Shown piece after piece: positions 49,393 to 60,087 of a stretch of 64,000 nucleotides of DNA (its first letter is position 1; each line of letters opens with the position of its first letter). The notes beneath the pieces are model-generated. The model was given only the letters and a program-made list of their open reading frames with translations, ran no database searches and had not been told where the DNA came from. The stretch is taken from assembly GCA_048013815.1 (NCBI GenBank), contig CM106586.1:12710001-12774000 (forward strand). The letters are read 5' to 3'. The position numbers and the translations under genes were made by a program. Origin of the DNA: Setoptus koraiensis. Its lineage: Eukaryota; Animalia; Arthropoda.

Positions 49393-49573
49393 TTACGTTT
49401 AATTTATGAAAAATCTCGATCCTCAGAATGTACATTGAATAATTTCGCCACTTTATTGAAGTCTTCGAACTGTCTATCTTCTCTTAATAAACGCCTCGCT
49501 ATACTAAGGCGATTAAACGAGTTCCAAAGTGCTATGCCAACTATTTTGTTACCACGGAGATAAAAAATAACAC
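49358..49573 (+). repeat. 216-bp direct repeat, copy A (Rab27 3' end plus AIFM1 3' fragment)
   Basis: Manual alignment to 51597-51812 shows no indels and 14 mismatches (about 93.5% identity). Confidence 0.95.
49404..49573 (-). pseudogene. Truncated AIFM1 C-terminal fragment
   Basis: Minus strand reads VIFYLRGNKIVGIALWNSFNRLSIARRLLREDRQFEDFNKVAKLFNVHSEDRDFS*. Relative to the intact AIFM1 tail it has 7 amino-acid changes, has lost the original stop, and has no upstream coding sequence. Confidence 0.85.
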
Positions 49574-49928
49574 TGTTGTAATTATCTTTGTGGGCCTGAG
49601 AGACCTTTTAGTGTTTTTTTTTAGCGAGAGATGACTTGGCATCGATCTCACCTGATGAACTGGGTACTGTTTGTGCCATCGCGCTCTAGTATAATAATAT
49701 AAATGGTCTCTCTATATTTAGAACGGGAAGGAAAAGCATTCTCGTCACCTACCGACGAGTTTATTTGAGGAAGGACGAATAATAGTGGCGCTGTCTTTTT
49801 GCAGCCGATGACTCAGTATAATTATGGATATTCTTTCTGAACCAATTTTATATACTCCTGAGGCAAATGTTAATCTATTTAGTCAGTCTGTCGTCTAAAC
49901 GGTGTTCAGACCACTAATTTATGTTCAA

Positions 49929-51566
49929 ATGATTATATTAATAGATATTTTCTGCTTTATCCTAGACTATTTTGCTGTATGGATCAATCCGTTCCTAGAT
50001 AGACTATTGGCCAATTTCGCATGCATTAGCGCCACCAAAAATTGTTCCAAACACACTTGGATTGCCAAGGGAAAGTGTTATGGTTCAAATACGGTCGGCT
50101 TATCGAATGAAATCGAGGATTTCTATGCCAGATTCAGCAAAGTTAAACAGAAAGAACTTGTCCTACGCTTGAAGTTGTTGCAAGATATTTCCAGGACCCT
50201 GAGACAACTTTGGCCCAAATTCAAGATTGGTTACAATGATTACCAGCATGAGCTTAACATTTATTGGTCGTTCTCCGATGTTTACATTAGTGACGAGTGG
50301 GACTTTAGACCTCCGTCAAAATTCCTACGAGGTGGCTTGCGAGCGGATAAGTTTAAATTATCATCGCACTTTTTCACTCCAGATACTAGAATGGAGATAA
50401 TAGAGGAAAATAGGGTTGATTGTTGGCCGGAACTGCTGATCATCACCAATGTAACTGACAGTACCAAGGCGAATCGATCTGATTTAATCATTGAGTTCCC
50501 TCATGGATTGAATTACGCGGATATTGTGTCGAAGAAGAGAAAGTTAATTTTTTATTATAGTCAAATTTTTCCAGAACTTGCCAGACTGTTCGTCATTTTG
50601 AGCGAATCGCTGTTATTGCACAAGCTATTGGATAAGCGCAATGGTGGCCTGAGTCCGTATGCTCTCATTTTGATGATTACTGCTTACTTGAATAAGACAA
50701 GAGACCAAGGAAAAAAGCTGAACTTGGGCGACAAGCTTCTCTGTTTCCTAGATACCTATGGCCAGAAAACAGATTCACTGTGCATCAAAAGAAACTCTAA
50801 ATCAGATATAGTGGACCTCACAATTGAGGACTCACAATCGAGCAACGGGGCTCAGATTTCCGTCTACGATCCTATAACGTCGGACGAAGTCAATCTGACA
50901 AGACATGCAACCCGTTACAGTAACATCCAAAGTATATTCGAAGAATTAAGTTCTAAATTAAAAACTACCATCAACAATACAGACAAAATCTGTATGTTAG
51001 AATGTGGCCACTATAGAAGTTATTTGCAAATATTGCTAACACCTCAAGGTAACATTTGCCTACCGACCGAGAGTTGCGGCATCTTAGAGCTATCCAAACT
51101 GCAACACAGGAAGTTAACGGAATTCAATTCGTTTGTTGAACCTCAGCCCGCATTGGACACAAACATTAAAAAGGTGACAAAAAAGTCGGCTTATGCAACA
51201 GTGAAAGAAATGTCTATACGATTTGGATATTTTTTTCTCTTGTTTGCCGCTCGAAACACCCTGATAAATATTGTTGAAAGTTGGAACGAGCGAGCACAAG
51301 AGCGGGCCAAGAATGAGATGGCAGCCCTGACCAAAGCCATGATGGGAAACGATCCGTTGCATAAGAAAATCAAGAGTACAGAGGATAAAGTGAAATCTAA
51401 ATTGGTAAATAACAGAAAACAGAGAAATAGAATGATGGACTTAGAGGAGGAAATTGATTTTGAGAGAATTTTCTCAGAATTGTATTTGGAGACACTCAAG
51501 GCCGAATTGACCAAAGACTTTGGAGGTGTCTTCAACGAAGATGTGCACCGAGACGAAGACGACTAA
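49929..51566 (+). CDS. Divergent Trf4/PAPD5 (TENT4)-like non-canonical poly(A) polymerase-fold protein, probably catalytically degenerate, with an unknown C-terminal extension
   Basis: Collinear matches to TENT4 blocks: 'GLSNEIEDFY', 'LRQLWP', 'NGGLSPYALILMITAYL', 'NLGDKLLCFLDTYG' and 'SVYDPI...NLTR'. The G-S...D-x-D motif aligns as N-D...D-V-Y. First ATG used; an upstream exon is possible. Confidence 0.7.
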   Translation: MIILIDIFCFILDYFAVWINPFLDRLLANFACISATKNCSKHTWIAKGKCYGSNTVGLSNEIEDFYARFSKVKQKELVLRLKLLQDISRTLRQLWPKFKIGYNDYQHELNIYWSFSDVYISDEWDFRPPSKFLRGGLRADKFKLSSHFFTPDTRMEIIEENRVDCWPELLIITNVTDSTKANRSDLIIEFPHGLNYADIVSKKRKLIFYYSQIFPELARLFVILSESLLLHKLLDKRNGGLSPYALILMITAYLNKTRDQGKKLNLGDKLLCFLDTYGQKTDSLCIKRNSKSDIVDLTIEDSQSSNGAQISVYDPITSDEVNLTRHATRYSNIQSIFEELSSKLKTTINNTDKICMLECGHYRSYLQILLTPQGNICLPTESCGILELSKLQHRKLTEFNSFVEPQPALDTNIKKVTKKSAYATVKEMSIRFGYFFLLFAARNTLINIVESWNERAQERAKNEMAALTKAMMGNDPLHKKIKSTEDKVKSKLVNNRKQRNRMMDLEEEIDFERIFSELYLETLKAELTKDFGGVFNEDVHRDEDD

Positions 51567-51596
51567 CATAAAAACCAAAGAAGAAAAGAATGGCTT

Positions 51597-51812
51597 ACGA
51601 CGACAATCAAAGATCCTCATGTTATTGTTAGTTACGTTTAATTTATGAAAAATCTCAATCCTCAGAATGTACATTAAATAATTTCGCCACTTCATTGAAG
51701 TCATCGAACTGTTTATCTTCTCTTAATACGCGCCTCGCAATACTAAGGCGATTAAACAAGTTCCAGAGTACTATACCAACTATTTTGTTATCACGTAGAT
51801 AAAAAATAACAC
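51597..51812 (+). repeat. 216-bp direct repeat, copy B (orphan Rab27 tail plus 3' end of intact AIFM1)
   Basis: Matches 49358-49573 at an offset of 2239 bp. Confidence 0.95.
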
Positions 51813-53241
51813 CACGCTGATAATCGTCATCCGGCCTAGGAGGTCTCATAGCCTTGCTAGGAGTTGTTTCTTGTGTCTCGGCATCACTTTGGTTTTTATC
51901 ATTTTCTGGTGAAGGTGGACTAGGTTTTGCGAACACCGCAACTGTCGGCAGTGTGGAATCAATTATCCCAAGGGCCTCAAAGGCTATCTCTGGCCCGAGG
52001 TCGGACCAAAACATAGATTGATGGACGTATGGCTTTCCTGATCCTATCATATTCTGGCCCGCCAAGCGTCCGCTCACAACCGCATGATCGTGATGCTCAA
52101 CTCTCCTTCTGCCAAGTTTGACATCGTAAAAGCTAGACGCATCGCCGGCAACCCAAACATTTGACCTGGCCTCCAGTTCTGTGTTCACTAGATAGCCACC
52201 TGTTTTTTCATCTATTTCCAACCCGGAGGATTTGGCTAATTCAACATCGGGGTCCACACCAGTAGCGACAACTAAATAATCAGCTGCTACCTTCTGACCA
52301 TTGTTTAGTTCTATACTGAGGCAATTATTGGAAAAATTAATAGACTTGATTTCGACTTGTGGTATTACAGACACTCCCTCCTCTTTGACTCGTTCACTTG
52401 TCCAAAGTGACAAATATTCTGGTAACACTTTGCCTAGATTGCCTGTTTCAGGAAACATTTGTATAATTTGTTTTGAGTTATCATCCACTTGTGCTCGTCG
52501 GCCCAAGGCACAAGCCAATTCGCTACCTAGGAAGCCGCCACCAACAATTGCAATTCGCTTGGCAGTACGAGATATCTTTTCCAATTTGATGAAATCATCA
52601 GCCGTCCTGTAGTAGACCACCCGGTCCAGTGCTTGCTTTGAGGCAGATTGTAGCACCTGAAGAGTCTTTGGAACACCACCAGGCGCCAATAGGCATTTTT
52701 CATATTTAATAGTTTGACCATTATTTAGATAGGCCACTCGATTGTCGGGATCTATTCTTGTTACGCGAATATTTCTAATTAAAGACACACCACCTGTTTC
52801 CCGTTTGTCAAGGTCCTGAATGGGAATGAAAAATTCATCGTGCTCATAGAAGATACTTTTCTCTTTTCCATTCCACCATTTGAACATCAATTTCTTACTA
52901 AACTCCGGCTCCGAGAACCAAAGCTCTTTCGATAGGGCCGGCCTCATGTAGGGACTGTGATTTTCCTCGGTGACAATCAACACTTTGGCTTTTGGATCGT
53001 GGCCTCTTATTGCACGCATGGCTGAATGTGACGCAGTGCCTCCCCCAACAAGCAGGTATGGTATTGTCTCTGGCAGGCCATCAATTTCTAGTTTGGGCTT
53101 CTTCTCTAACGAATCTATCTTCGGCGGGTGAGCTTTCAATTCTTTTGATTTAACGATCTGACTGAGAGAGTAGACTAACCCGGCTCCAGAGCCCAGAAGG
53201 AGAAGTCTGCGGGCATTCTTGGGTATCCGATTAACAAACAT
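51655..53241 (-). CDS. AIFM1: Apoptosis-inducing factor 1, mitochondrial flavoprotein, intronless
   Basis: 'PYLLVGGGTAS', 'PYMRPALSKELW', 'GGGFLGSELAC', 'GRRRVEHHDHAVVSGRLAG', 'HQSMFWSDLGP' and 'GVIFYLRDNKIVGIVLWN'; short N-terminal presequence/TM segment. Confidence 0.96.
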   Translation of the reverse strand: MFVNRIPKNARRLLLLGSGAGLVYSLSQIVKSKELKAHPPKIDSLEKKPKLEIDGLPETIPYLLVGGGTASHSAMRAIRGHDPKAKVLIVTEENHSPYMRPALSKELWFSEPEFSKKLMFKWWNGKEKSIFYEHDEFFIPIQDLDKRETGGVSLIRNIRVTRIDPDNRVAYLNNGQTIKYEKCLLAPGGVPKTLQVLQSASKQALDRVVYYRTADDFIKLEKISRTAKRIAIVGGGFLGSELACALGRRAQVDDNSKQIIQMFPETGNLGKVLPEYLSLWTSERVKEEGVSVIPQVEIKSINFSNNCLSIELNNGQKVAADYLVVATGVDPDVELAKSSGLEIDEKTGGYLVNTELEARSNVWVAGDASSFYDVKLGRRRVEHHDHAVVSGRLAGQNMIGSGKPYVHQSMFWSDLGPEIAFEALGIIDSTLPTVAVFAKPSPPSPENDKNQSDAETQETTPSKAMRPPRPDDDYQRGVIFYLRDNKIVGIVLWNLFNRLSIARRVLREDKQFDDFNEVAKLFNVHSED

Positions 53242-54681
53242 GGTAACTAAAAGCAAGCTAAGGTTTTGAGTTGTTCCCAGATAGATTTGTGTATTTGTAA
53301 TAGTGTTGATATATGATTTAAACTAGATAAATAACATTAGATCATATACAGAAGAACGTGCTGTATTTGGAAAAATGTCTTCGATTGCGCAGACTCCTGG
53401 CGCTTAATTCGAATGAAGTAAGGTTTTCAGATTCTCATTGCACGTGCAAACATACGAGTCTGACTTCTAAAAATGATTTGAATGTGCGAGCCATTTGGTA
53501 TGCTAGAACACCTAAATTTCCCCAATATTCAGCAAATTCTGTATGTCTCTTATAACTTTGTACTGGCCCCCAATGCTTTATGAGCGTTTTACAAAAAAGT
53601 TGCGGAGGCTATAAAAGTAGATTGCTGACTTGTGAGTGCCAGTCTTGACAGTGCATTCGGCAAGACCAAGAAACCAACTAATCAATCAACCTTATTCCAA
53701 AAACCAAGAATAAAACAGGTAAACGGTTACCCGATTCAGACTCAACTCGCCCAGATATACAAGAAAAGACCAATTAGAAAAAAAATCGGAGTTCATACTC
53801 CATAGGTTACCTTGGTAGTGATAACTAGATAGCTCATTCCGAGAATGTTTGAAAGAACACTCGATCACCTCAACAGTCACCTTGATCCTTGACACTAGTG
53901 ACGACGCCCTCGTGATCTCGCCATCGAATGTTAACGGCATTGATTCCAGCAATTCTTTTTCCCTCCGTTTCTCCTCGCTCGGTAATTCATTGGAAAGTAC
54001 TCCGAAGTCTAGACTGTTATCTTGCTCTGTTGATGATCGTGGTTATTTTGACTTGTATCCGAGCAATGGCTTGAATTCGAGTTCGGTTCGGTCAGCGAAT
54101 ACGCTCATACCGAATCCGGCTGATCTTTTTTGTTCCTTGTTCAACCTAAACAGAATCTTAGCACATCATTGTTAATTTACTGTCCAGCTGAACGAAGCTC
54201 GTGAAGACCTCTTCGAGTTTTTCATTGTCGAACAAGTGTTCCGCATTTCGAGTAACGGTTGCAGTAGCAAAGTCAATGGTCAAATGGCTGAAGTCACAGC
54301 GCAAAGAATTACTCGCAACGTCGAAGGTATCATTTCCGATGTATTTATTTATTTATCCCTTGTGCATTTAAATGTATAATATACAAATATACAATCTATT
54401 CGGTCTATTGTTATCGTTCTTGCGTTCGCGTTCTCCATTGGATAAAGATTGGATAAGATTTGCCTCAATTACTATTTCGAACATATTTTATATGTCGTTA
54501 TAAAATTTGCAAAACGAACAACTGCTTTATCTCGGCTCAGGCAAACCACTGGCAGTATTACTTGTTTGCATAATAATCTGCTTATTCGCAGCTAATTATT
54601 CCGATTTAAAGATCGACCACATTATCCGCCGGTTTTGACAGTAAAAGACCAACACAGAGATTGCAATAAATTGGCCCTCCC

Positions 54682-55370
54682 ATTTGCATCCGCTAGCTCA
54701 ATCAATTTGGTTTTGTTTGGCGATTGTTGATTCATTTCTACAACCTTGTGCATTCTTATCATAACCATCTCGAGCAATGTATCAATTGCCTTGGATACGT
54801 TATGTCCTGAGGCGGCGCTAGTCTCGAAATAGGGTATCCTAAATGAGTTGCGGAAACAAAGTAAAAAGGTAAATTAGTTAGGTAATTAGTCAGTGTAAGT
54901 TCGCTAAATATGTCAAACATGACTATGAAGCCCCTAGCGTCGCGGAAGAAGGCAATTGTCAGGCTTCTGAATGCAAATTCATGTATGATTGTCGATTGAA
55001 TGAAGGATAGAGGAGAATGTAAATTAAGCTTTTGTTCAATGTGTCTGAGGTTGTCATGGAATGCGCGGAAAGACTCATGCAAACTGACCTCTCTGGTCAG
55101 AGATGTTATGGTTAGGGTGTGATTAATGTTTGGCAATATGTAAACTAAGAGCAGAATAAAATTAGTTGTAATGATGGCAAATTGGATCTCAAGTGAGATT
55201 GCGTATTTGTTGCTATTTCATACCGTGTCCCACAATTGAAGATGCATTCGCTTACTTCTACTGTTGATTCTGAGCGATCTTCACGAAAACGGTGTGGGGT
55301 GAAATGAGGATTAGTATTGACAAGTCGACTTGATTCTTTTTGTTGGTTTGTTGAAGCGTTATTTATAAGA
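54682..55370 (-). pseudogene. Inverted partial duplicate of Rab27 (intron 1 to mid exon 5)
   Basis: Reverse complement matches 48245-49205. Exon 1 is absent, the microexon acceptor is deleted, the exon 4 acceptor AG is changed to GC, about 200 bp of exon 4/intron 4 is deleted, and the copy is truncated before the CXC tail. Confidence 0.9.
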
Positions 55371-58300
55371 AGAGATCATGCAATTGGTCGCGATGATTTG
55401 ACATTATCTGCCTGTAGATGCACGCGCAGCGGTATTGAGCTATTACCACTATTATCTGGATTAGCCGTAGATAAGAGGTCTAACTGTTTCAACGGGTTCC
55501 GATGACAGCAGCATTGCGGAGATTGAATCACATAACTGGCTTGACTAGCTGGTTGGTGTTGTTGATGAGATTTTTGAGGCATTTCTGGTGCGTGCCGATC
55601 GATGAATTTGATTGTTACATTTACCGACTTAAGATTTATGATTGAGCAATATCGATTTTCAAGCACCATCATAAACCTTAAGTCGACGATGAACTAGACA
55701 AGTCAACATTGGCACACACACACGGCGGCCTCTATCTATTTTATCTGGCAAAAATGGTTTACTTGGGAACAACATGGCTGGCAAAGGGAACTTTTTTTTT
55801 CTAGAAGAATCCATTATAAATGAATGTGGGCGAAAGATAAATTTGATCATATTTGAGGTATCATTTGAGGGCATTTGGTATGAATGAATTGTGATGATTA
55901 ATTCACTAATTTACGTTTGCGTTTGGCTGAGGCCTTGGGATATGGCGGATGGTTGGCACGTTGGTGTTAATGGATCATGATGGTTCATGCTTGGGCTTGT
56001 TTGATTGAGGCTGCTGATCTTTTGCCGTTGCGTATGATATTTGTAATGATGGCCGAACAGACACTTGCACAAAAGGGACTGCCATTTGTTGTTATTTTAC
56101 GTCTTCAATTTGCGACTGTTGCCACCACCAAAATTGTCCGATACTAGCAAATAATATTAGTAGTGGTGGTGGTGGTGCAACTACTACCACAACAACAATA
56201 CTACTACAGTGCATGTACATGTATAAACTGATAGTAATAATGGTAAGAGAGAAGCTAGATTTTCATGTGTGTTCCTGGATGACGTACCGAGTGTAATCTC
56301 ACTTCTTGTGAACTCTCTGTGCGACTTTTTGTACGCAAACAGCCTGCAAAGTTGTGTTTGTGCGTACATTGGCCATTTTTGTGCAACTTGCGTGAATGTT
56401 GTGCCTAAAAGTGGCCCGCAACACACACAGGCACAAGCTAATAAATGAGTGCGTTGTGCTAACTCGCCACACATGCAACGCACAACACAAGCCTGTGTGC
56501 GTGTGCTCAGAAAGCTGTCCCCAGAAATGAGATTACACCCAGTATAGGGTGGAAGGATCACATCAGTGAGCTAGAGCTGCCCGAGCAGCTGTGGAAGCCA
56601 CGCTGCCCTTTACAATGCTGGGGCATTCACAATGAAAGCGGGCACAGTTCGCGTTCACTTGGACAAGTGATGCACTGAATGTGAGGCACACTGTGCGCCG
56701 CGCAACACATACCAAAAGGCAGCGGCAAGCGGCCAGTTTGCGCTCTGTGCCTTGTGTGCGGCAGACATTGATGCATGGCGGTGCGACTTGACGGTGCCTA
56801 CACCCTACCATCGAACTGAATTCTTGGCTGCACTGGTGCAGAGCTGCTGCTGCTGTTGCTGCCGCTGCTGTTGCAACCACCAACACTTCTTGTGTTGGCT
56901 GTTGCACCGCCGTGTACTGCACCACACTGCAGCAGCACAGTATGCAGCAGCAGTACTGCTGCTGCATGTAGTGCGGAGCTGTCTGGAGCTGACACAACGC
57001 ACACACACACACACTATATGGTGCATGGTGCATGGCATATATGGTACAACTTGTGTGCGTGTGCAGTTTCTGCAGCATCGCCACTAGTTATCCAATGGCA
57101 CAAAGTTAGCGTCGAGGCTGCTATAGGTTGATTGTTGCACTCGATGCATGGCCGCCGCACCAATGCATTTTGTGGTGGCCAGGCCGGCTTATCAGGAGTC
57201 TTGCTTGTGATGCAGCCTGCGACGCTGCTGCCAGCGATGATATGGCGAGCTATTTCAGCTTACTACTTTTGTTCTGCGGCTGCTGCCCTTGCTGCTGCAC
57301 CACAGAACAGTCCGCTGCCGATGCTGCACACTGTGATGCAGCAGCAGCAGCACCGACTGAATATTGAGTACATTCGTTACATGCCATTGAGCGCAATGCT
57401 GAGACGCGCAACGAAACTCGGCCGACCGGACTCAACTCGGTGATTTGAAATCACTCACAACGAGAGTATCTCGTCGCGAGATGACACTGAGTCACTGGCA
57501 GCGAGAGCGACGATCCCGGCTGACAAAAAGTACATGGTGTCCCAACTTAGATTGTCCAACTCACAGCGCAAGCCAATGTAAGCCTTGCACTCACTGGCTG
57601 ATGCAGCTTGCGCAGACCATCAATCGGCGCTGCTGCGCCCAAGAAACGGGGGCGAGGGGGCGCTGCTCTGCCGAGTCGCTGGCCGGCCAGTGCACGCCGC
57701 ATCTGAACTTTTGCTGCATACGGTGCGCCGCACCGGGTGCGTCTGTGCCGCTTGTCGTGCAGCCGATCGACACAACAAGCGGCACCACCGCGGTGCGCAT
57801 GCTGCTGGCCGCCGGCCGGCTAGTGATGGTGCAATGCGAACGCACCACTGGTGCGGCACCAGCGCCAGCTTTTTCGAAAGAGCTGCTGGCGCACAAAATT
57901 GATCACACCCAACCGGTGAGTGCCGCGCAACCGGCCGGTAGCACCGCGGACTCAGGCGAGCCGGCTCAACTGCTGAGCCGGCCCGGCCCGGCCCGGCCCG
58001 AAATGTGTGCACCGAGCACCGTGCACCGTGGAATGGAGATTAATAATTAAATCACTGTGAACTCGCCCAACAAACTCAACTGTGCCCAAGCCATAACTGG
58101 CGCTCGTCTCGATGCGTCGCCGTCGAGCGACAATTCGCCTCGAACTTTGAGACTCTCGAAGCGATCCGAATTTCGCATTTCGAACCGGCCGACTCAGGAA
58201 CGATTCAATCTCGGCCAATCCAATCAGTTCGGGCGGGCTGAACTGAGCCGGTTCGATTCGAGCCGATATGAACTGCATTGAACTGAGGCAAGTTGAACCC

Positions 58301-59971
58301 TGCAGTAACTGACTGCCACTGATTCACCGTGTCAGTTGACAATATTTATGGGGTTGTTGCATTCCTTTGTTTGTTGGAGCAGTTGTCGGCGTCGTAGTGG
58401 CAGCAGCCATTGTCAACTGCGCACCGGTAACATTGCTGCTGCTGCTGCGAATAGAAGCCATCGCTAGCTACACGACTATTACGCAATGCAGTTCCGGATT
58501 GTTTTCGGGACAGGCCAGAGAGCTGACAAAGAAACTGAAACAGTGCAAACTTTAGAGCTACAACAGCACAGTTAACTACTGGACCGTCAGATCGGTCGTG
58601 TAACAGTCGACAGTAACGACAGAAAAGCATCTTGCTATTGCCGGCTTGTGTCGATTTTTCTTCTCTTCCTCTTGTTTGCGTACACTGTCCCTGGCGGTTG
58701 TTTCAAGAGTCCACATATACAAAATAAAATATCTATAGTTGACTTTTACAACATGCTTACATAACAGGCTGACGTCACCAGCGCAGGTCCGGCGTTGCAT
58801 TGTCATTGCAAAGTCATTGCAAAGTCATAGCAAAGGGGCGACCGTCGGCCCGCCCGGCCGAAAGTTAGCCAGTCAATTAGCTGGCAAGATCCACAGCCAG
58901 TACACACACACACACACACAATCTACAACGAACATATCTGTCCAGCTAATGTAATTAGAACTAATTGTGCCGGCTAGACAATTAATTGCTAGCGTAATTA
59001 GCAATTGTGTTGTAAACGATTGACAATGTCACGATCGATGTGCAGTCAAGATTCAGGTGTAAGTCAATTAAAAAGAGCAGAGCACGTAGCAGAGACGGAC
59101 AAATAGCCGGTGGCGCTGCCAGCTTTTCTCTCGCTCTCTTATGGGGCCAGCTCGACGGCCAATCGCTAATTGCACATCACGGATTCAATAATCGCTGGAT
59201 GAATAGCATCCAGCGATTATTGAACAGTGTCGAGAATCCTTTTAATTAATTGGTCATAAATCATTAATCGGCCAACATGATGCGAGCCGGCAGTCTAGAC
59301 GGCAGTGTGTGCAGTTGAAAAAATACACTGCACAAGGCTTGTTAGGGCCACACTGTGGAGGGCATTAGCAAATTGAGAGTCACAAGTTGTTTGTGTGGCT
59401 AGTTTGGGATATGCGCGCTTGGGGACGCTTTAAACAGGCCACAAAGCGCACAGTGTGCCGAGAGTGACTCGTTAAATGTTTCGATTTTTCTTCTTATTTC
59501 TCGGTTGCACAACTCGCAATGCTTGAGCACAAATGGCCATGTTTCGAGTTGATTGTTTTCCGGTGCTCGTTGGCGAGCACGGTCAATGTGAGCATAACGA
59601 CACTACAACTTGTAGCCTACAAGCAGTTTGTGCTGGTCACGACCACTGGTCATATCGGCTCATTCATGGTGCTTAGTCAACTCAATATTTGGCCGCTTGT
59701 TGGGGCCCGCGTGCCGGCCATCTGCCGGCTAAATGTGCCGGCTGGTCGGCGTGTATAACTAATCATGAGGGCGACGTAGGGAGCACGTCGGCATCATCGG
59801 CCGGGCCGGCGCTGTCATTGGCGAGCGCGCGCCGTACGTGTCATTAATTCACTATGGCCACTCAACGAGCACCGTTACCGATATGACGAGTTGTTGTTTG
59901 CGCGAGTGCCGCGCTGGAGCAACAAATGCCGGCTGATTGCCAAACGCCGACCACCGCCACTGACACCGACA

Positions 59972-60028
59972 CCAACAACTACAGCAACAGCAACAACAAC
60001 GACACCAACAACTACAGCAACAACAACG

Positions 60029-60085
<57 letters not shown>

Positions 60086-60087
60086 CA
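59972..60087 (+). repeat. Compound (AAC)n microsatellite
   Basis: Pure AAC run at 60031-60084 with an interrupted 5' part. Confidence 0.95.

Noticed and set aside
49574-51596. Insert interpreted as a transposon
   Set aside because: No terminal inverted repeats, LTRs, poly(A) tail, transposase or RT motifs seen, and the 216-bp flanks derive from host genes.
12260-53241. Functional clustering (RABGAP1/HEATR5/Rab27 trafficking; MIC19 with AIFM1 in the MIA40 pathway)
   Set aside because: The genes are interspersed with unrelated ones; chance co-location is likely in a gene-dense genome.
54759-55136. 125-aa ORF with RSLTIAFFRDARGF
   Set aside because: Chance read-through of Rab27 pseudogene intron and exon pieces, not an intact gene.
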